This document shows positions 59,676 through 64,000 of a DNA stretch of 64,000 nucleotides, piece by piece. Source of the stretch: Planctomycetota bacterium (GTDB lineage Bacteria; Planctomycetota; B15-G4). The notes under the pieces were generated by a model, which worked only from the letters and a program-made list of their open reading frames with translations, was not told the origin of the DNA and searched no databases. Each line of letters starts with the position of its first letter. The stretch's first letter is position 1. The position numbers and the translations under genes are program-made. Where the stretch lies: the NCBI GenBank assembly GCA_038212275.1, contig JBBQUR010000014.1, forward strand, positions 73,533 to 137,532, in the 5' to 3' direction.

Positions 59676-60374
59676 ATGACCGCTGCCGATTCCGGACACG
59701 AGCTGGTCGCCTGTCACGATTGCGACCTGTTGCATCACGTCAAGCCGCTGCCTGTGGGCACGACGGCGCGCTGCACGCGCTGCGGCAGCCTTCTCGCGCA
59801 GAATCGCCGCGACAGCCTGGACCACACGCTCGCGTGGACGATGGCCAGCCTGCTGCTGTTCATCGTCGCCAACAGCTTCCCGATTCTCTCCTTCGAGATG
59901 GGCGGGCGGGTCCAGGAGAACGAGCTCTTTTCCGGCTGCATCGAGCTGTACAGCCAGGGCTGGTGGCCGCTCGCGGCGCTGGTCTTCCTGGCCAGCGTGC
60001 TGGCCCCGGCGCTGCGCATCGCGGGCCTGCTCTACGTGCTCGTGCCGCTCAAGCTGGGACGGCCGCCGCTCAAGCTGGTGCCGGTCTTCCGCCTCGTCGA
60101 AGTGCTCGAGCCGTGGAGCATGCTCGAGGTCTTCATGCTCGGCGTGATCGTGGCCATCATCAAGCTCTCCGCTCTCGCGGAGGTCGTGATGAGCACCGGG
60201 CTCTACGCGTTCATGGGACTCATCATCACGTCCACTGCGGCGGTCGTCGTGCTGGATCCGGAACTCATCTGGCGGCGGGTGCCGCAGCAGGCGCGGACCG
60301 ATGCGTCCGGCGCGGGCGGATCGCGCCCGCCACGGGGGCGACAACCGGCGGCGCTCGCGGAGCCGAACGCATGA
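59676..60374 (+). CDS. pqiA: PqiA-family membrane protein (N-terminal half)
   Basis: CHDCD...CTRC zinc motif, ANSFP, WSMLEVF..G..VA..KL. Confidence 0.9.
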   Translation: MTAADSGHELVACHDCDLLHHVKPLPVGTTARCTRCGSLLAQNRRDSLDHTLAWTMASLLLFIVANSFPILSFEMGGRVQENELFSGCIELYSQGWWPLAALVFLASVLAPALRIAGLLYVLVPLKLGRPPLKLVPVFRLVEVLEPWSMLEVFMLGVIVAIIKLSALAEVVMSTGLYAFMGLIITSTAAVVVLDPELIWRRVPQQARTDASGAGGSRPPRGRQPAALAEPNA

Positions 60375-61057
60375 GCGCCGCGGCGGGAGGTCCCGGCGCC
60401 GCCGGAGGCGCGAAAGCCGCCCACGCCGTGCCGCTCACGACCGCGCGCGCCGCGGGCTTCGTCCGCTGCCACGCCTGCGGCCAGCTGGCGCGCCACCGCC
60501 GGCTCCCGCCCGGCAGCGAGGCAAGCTGCCCGCGCTGCGAGGCGCCGCTGCACCTGCGCAAGCCGAACAGCATCGCCCGCACCTGGTGCTTCCTCATCGC
60601 GGCCCTGATCATGTATCTGCCGGCGAACCTGCTGCCCGTGATGGCGGTCACGTACTTCGGGGCGAGCGAGCCCGACACGATCATGAGCGGCGTGAAGGTG
60701 TTCTTCTCGTCGGGCGACTATGCCATCGCCATCCTGGTGCTCATCGCGAGCGTCACCGTGCCGATGATCAAGCTGCTCGGCCTCGCCTACCTGCTGCTGT
60801 CGGTGCATTACCGCTGGGCATGGCGCCCGAAGGACCGCACGCGCCTGTACCGGGTCATCGAGATCATCGGGCGCTGGTCGATGCTCGACATCTTCATGAT
60901 TTCCATCCTCGTTGCGCTGGTCCGGCTCGACGCGATCGCGACCATCCAGGCCGGCGCAGGCGCGACAGCCTTCGCGGCGGTGGTCATCCTCACCATGTTC
61001 GCAGCGAGCAGTTTCGACCCGCGCCTGATCTGGGACTCTCTGGAGGACGTGCCATGA
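60371..61057 (+). CDS. pqiA: PqiA-family membrane protein (C-terminal half)
   Basis: CHAC...CPRC, RKPNSI.RTW, PANLLP, GRWSMLDIF, FDPRLIWD. Confidence 0.92.
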   Translation: MSAAAGGPGAAGGAKAAHAVPLTTARAAGFVRCHACGQLARHRRLPPGSEASCPRCEAPLHLRKPNSIARTWCFLIAALIMYLPANLLPVMAVTYFGASEPDTIMSGVKVFFSSGDYAIAILVLIASVTVPMIKLLGLAYLLLSVHYRWAWRPKDRTRLYRVIEIIGRWSMLDIFMISILVALVRLDAIATIQAGAGATAFAAVVILTMFAASSFDPRLIWDSLEDVP

Positions 61058-62649
61058 GCAAAGCCAAACCCGACGCACCCGCTCCGGGGGACATTCCCGG
61101 CGCGGAGGACGTGCCCGACGTGACGGTGAAGGTGCGCAGCGGCCCGTCCATCGTGTGGATCGTCCCCATCGTCGCGGCCCTCATCGGCGCGTGGCTCTGG
61201 TATGCGGCCGAGCAGGAGAAGGGCCCCACGATCACCATCACGCTGAGCACCGCCGAGGACATCGAGTCCGGCAAGACCACCGTGAAGTTCAAGAACGTGA
61301 ACCTCGGCGAGGTCGAGCACATCGAGATCAAGAAGGATCTCTCGGGCGTCCTGGTCACGGTGCAGACCAATCACCTCGCAAAACCTTACCTCCGCGAAGG
61401 CACCCGCTTCTGGGTCGTGCGGCCGCGCATCGGCGCGCGCGGCATTTCGGGCCTGGGCACGCTCGTGTCCGGCGCGTTCATCGAGATGGAGCCGGCAGCC
61501 ACGGGCGAGCCGTGTGTGGTGTTCACGGGCCTCGAGGACCCGCCCGTCGCGCCCATCGATGCGCCCGGCCTCACGCTGAAGCTCGACGCGCAGAATCTCG
61601 GGTCGCTGGATGTCGGCTCGGGCGTCTTCTTCAAAGGGGTTCAGGTCGGCCAGGTCGAGAGTCACAACCTCGCGGTGGACCGGCAGGGCGTGGACGTGAC
61701 CATTTACATCGATGCCCAATTCGCGCCGCTCGTGCACAAGACCACGCTCTTCTGGAACGCGAGCGGCTTCGATGCGTCTCTCGGTGCCGACGGACTTCAG
61801 GTGAGCATGCCGTCGCTGGACGCGCTCGTCAGCGGCGGCATCGACTTCGAGACGCCTGCGGAATCCGCAACCAGCCCGCAGGCCCGCAGCGGCGACGGGT
61901 ACGTGCTCTTCGGAACCAAGGCCATCGCATTGCTGCAAAGACCGCAGGAAGGCGTGACTGTGGTGATGTACTTCACCGGCACCGTGCGAGGGCTCGCCAT
62001 CGGTGCCCCGGTGGAGTTCCGAGGCATGCGGCTGGGAAGCGTCAAGGATTTCTGGCTCGAGTTCGACGCCGATACCCACGTGGCGCGCATTCCGGTGGTC
62101 TGCGGCATGGTGCGCAGCGTCAAACACCGCGTCGACACGGGCGAGAAGTCCACGCCGGAACAGGACCTGCAGGGTCTCATCGACCGCGGCCTGCGTGCGC
62201 GCCTCTCCACGGCAAGCCTCATCGCGGGCTCGCTCTTCGTGGATCTGGACCTGTTCCCGGAGCCTCCCATCGTGCTGGTCGGGGGCCAGAAGTATTTCGA
62301 GGTGCCGACCATTCCCTCCACGAGCGAGACGCTGAGCAACTCGCTGACGGAGGCTTCGGCCATCGTCGGGGACCTGCGCACCATGATCCAGCAGGTGGGC
62401 AGCAGCACGCCGCGCCTCATTGCCAACGTGGAGCAGACGACCGTCGCGATCCAGGACACGCTCGCGCAGGCCACCAATGCGCTGAAGAAGATCGAGGCGC
62501 TGGCTGTCGAGGGCGCGCAGATGCGGGGCCCGGCGCAGGATGCGCTGGCCGAACTCGGCAAGACGCTCCGCTCCGTACGCGTGCTCGCGAGCATGCTCGA
62601 ACAACATCCCGAAGCACTCATCCAGGGCAAGCCCGCAGGAGACCGCTGA
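61054..62649 (+). CDS. pqiB: PqiB (three MCE domains plus helical tail)
   Basis: W.VP..A..IG.WL, GP.ITI, TRFWVVRP, SGLGTL.SG, FWNASG, GLRA.L, LEQHPEALI.GK. Confidence 0.93.
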   Translation: MSKAKPDAPAPGDIPGAEDVPDVTVKVRSGPSIVWIVPIVAALIGAWLWYAAEQEKGPTITITLSTAEDIESGKTTVKFKNVNLGEVEHIEIKKDLSGVLVTVQTNHLAKPYLREGTRFWVVRPRIGARGISGLGTLVSGAFIEMEPAATGEPCVVFTGLEDPPVAPIDAPGLTLKLDAQNLGSLDVGSGVFFKGVQVGQVESHNLAVDRQGVDVTIYIDAQFAPLVHKTTLFWNASGFDASLGADGLQVSMPSLDALVSGGIDFETPAESATSPQARSGDGYVLFGTKAIALLQRPQEGVTVVMYFTGTVRGLAIGAPVEFRGMRLGSVKDFWLEFDADTHVARIPVVCGMVRSVKHRVDTGEKSTPEQDLQGLIDRGLRARLSTASLIAGSLFVDLDLFPEPPIVLVGGQKYFEVPTIPSTSETLSNSLTEASAIVGDLRTMIQQVGSSTPRLIANVEQTTVAIQDTLAQATNALKKIEALAVEGAQMRGPAQDALAELGKTLRSVRVLASMLEQHPEALIQGKPAGDR

Positions 62650-63317
62650 TGAATCGCCTCACGACACCTCGCCGTGCTCCACGCACCGATGCCCCCTTCG
62701 CCCGGAGCGCGATCCGGCACTCCGTCTCGCGGGCCGCAGCGTGCCTCGCTCTCTGTCTGGGGGCTGCGGCCTGCAGCTCGCCGCCAGCGCGCTTCTACTC
62801 GCTCGTGCCGCTGGCGGAGAAACCGTCGCTCCCTGCCCGCGCCGACACCGCCGGCTCGCTCGTCGGCCTCTCGACCGTGCACATTCCCGACATCGTGGAC
62901 CGGCCGCAGTTCGTGACCTCCGTCTCGGAGTACGAGCGGCGCATCGATGAGTACGCGCGCTGGGCCGAGCCGCTCGCGTCTCACATCACCGGGGTGCTCG
63001 CGGAGAACCTGGCCACGCTGCTCGCCCCCCGGCCCGTCCTGGTCGAGCCGGGCCGCGACGGTCGCGATGCGGCGATGATGCTCCGGATCGAGATCCTCCA
63101 CTTCGACGCGCGGGTCGGGGGCGACGCGGTGCTGACCGCGCAATGGAGCCTCACCGGTCCCACCGACACGACGACGGTCTTTGCGGAGGCTGCCGGGACT
63201 TGGAGTTCCCCCATGCGCGGGGACGATCCATCCCTGCTGGCCGAGGCCATGAGCAACAATCTCCTGCAGATGAGCCACGCGCTCGCGGAAGCCATCACTC
63301 ACCAGCCGACACCCTGA
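62649..63317 (+). CDS. pqiC: PqiC-like lipoprotein
   Basis: Lipobox AAAC, FY.L, V.IP..VDRPQ.V, RWAEPL, I..FD, A.W. Confidence 0.88.
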   Translation: MNRLTTPRRAPRTDAPFARSAIRHSVSRAAACLALCLGAAACSSPPARFYSLVPLAEKPSLPARADTAGSLVGLSTVHIPDIVDRPQFVTSVSEYERRIDEYARWAEPLASHITGVLAENLATLLAPRPVLVEPGRDGRDAAMMLRIEILHFDARVGGDAVLTAQWSLTGPTDTTTVFAEAAGTWSSPMRGDDPSLLAEAMSNNLLQMSHALAEAITHQPTP

Positions 63318-63429
63318 TCGTTTTCACTCGGGAGGGGCGGGCCGCATCGGCCGTCGCAAGCCCGATCCCCCTTTCGGCCCTCGGATGATCGCCCCCCCGG
63401 GCGGCGGCGCTGCCTGCCGCGCATCTTGC

Positions 63430-63508
63430 CAGCACGCCGGCTTCCAAGCCCGCAGGCTTCCCTGCACACAGGCTTCCCAGCACGCAGGCTCGCCCGTCGC
63501 AGGCTCGC
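63430..63508. repeat. Degenerate 16-bp tandem repeat x5 (core GCAGGCTTCC / GCAGGCTCGC)
   Basis: cagcacgccggcttcc aagcccgcaggcttcc ctgcacacaggcttcc cagcacgcaggctcgc ccgtcgcaggctcgc. Confidence 0.75.
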
Positions 63509-63778
63509 CAATTGGCCGATTGGCCAACGGTCCAAGCTGGCGACAGACAGCAAGCCGGCTGCCGATTCGCCGGCAGTGCCTGCGGATTCCGTCCCGCAAG
63601 TTCTGCATGTACTCCGGCGTTTGCGCGTCCCGTTCGCCTCGCGCGGACGGCCCGGGGTGCCGATACGTGGTATTGTTTCGGGCTTGCATCAGGTCGACGA
63701 GTGGGCAGCGGTCTCGACTCCTGCCGGCTCGTTCCCCGTGATTCCGCACGGGCACCACACCACGGAAGCGAGATTGCC

Positions 63779-64000
63779 ATGAAAGTGCTCTTCCTCAGTC
63801 CGTACCTCGCCCAGGAGCCTCTGGGCGTCATGATGCTGTCCACCGCGCTCAAGCGCGCGGGCCACGAGACCAAGCTGATCTTCCTGCCCGACGCGCACTT
63901 CGAAAAGAAGCTCCGCGACTTCGACCCGGGCGTGCTGTGCTACTCGTTCACGACGGGCATGCAAGCCAACATCGCCGGCGTCAATCAGCGCGCGCGCAAA
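63779..64000 (+). CDS. Cobalamin-binding domain protein, likely B12-dependent radical SAM (partial; absent from the ORF track)
   Basis: MKVLFLSP...EPLGVMMLSTALKRAGHE...FDPGVLCYSFTT matches the N-terminal B12-binding pattern; the radical SAM motif is not visible in the window. Confidence 0.8.
   Translation, partial: MKVLFLSPYLAQEPLGVMMLSTALKRAGHETKLIFLPDAHFEKKLRDFDPGVLCYSFTTGMQANIAGVNQRARK

Noticed and set aside
59676-61057. Split pqiA as a frameshifted pseudogene
   Set aside because: Clean ATGA coupling, each half has its own Cys motif, and two-gene pqiA is a common arrangement

Overview
High-GC bacterial chromosomal window with about 45 densely packed, often translationally coupled genes and one tRNA-Val(GAC). 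The host is probably a Planctomycetota-type organism; this is an inference from the HGGQY-HEAT protein, the double-length UvrA, the small 'EFLRAMDRYKR..FPSWTEVL' protein and the FG-GAP/lipoprotein repertoire. Left to right: a large lipoprotein running off the left edge; ruvB-spoIID-tgt; a divergent SH3/HEAT pair; an uncharacterised molybdoenzyme with a fused 4Fe-4S/NrfD partner; aminotransferase; MFS; PGRP-type amidase; rmd-like/gmd; uppP; nuclease; ald; tRNA; ion transporter; pseudopilin; HtrA; nadD; a long minus-strand run (galE, MBL hydrolase, dacB, suhB, tandem-fused uvrA, XPB helicase, XPB-binding/p52-like protein, thiE, thiL, tsaE, hypothetical, tolC); purC-purE-mtnA; a ~1 kb non-coding region with an inverted pair of 130-bp hairpin elements; an FG-GAP protein; a zwf-gnd / ackA-xfp-glgP carbon module; a pqiABC operon; and the start of a B12-binding radical SAM gene. 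No integrase, transposase or CRISPR array was seen. The most notable signals are: (1) fused UvrA coupled to XPB, followed by a p52/Tfb2-like protein, a possible hybrid NER module; (2) the inverted structured repeat pair at 47.7-48.6 kb; (3) a recurring leaderless promoter architecture and apparent CTG starts; (4) several short tandem-repeat expansions, some in frame inside enzymes. All family calls come from motif reading only; no database search was run.
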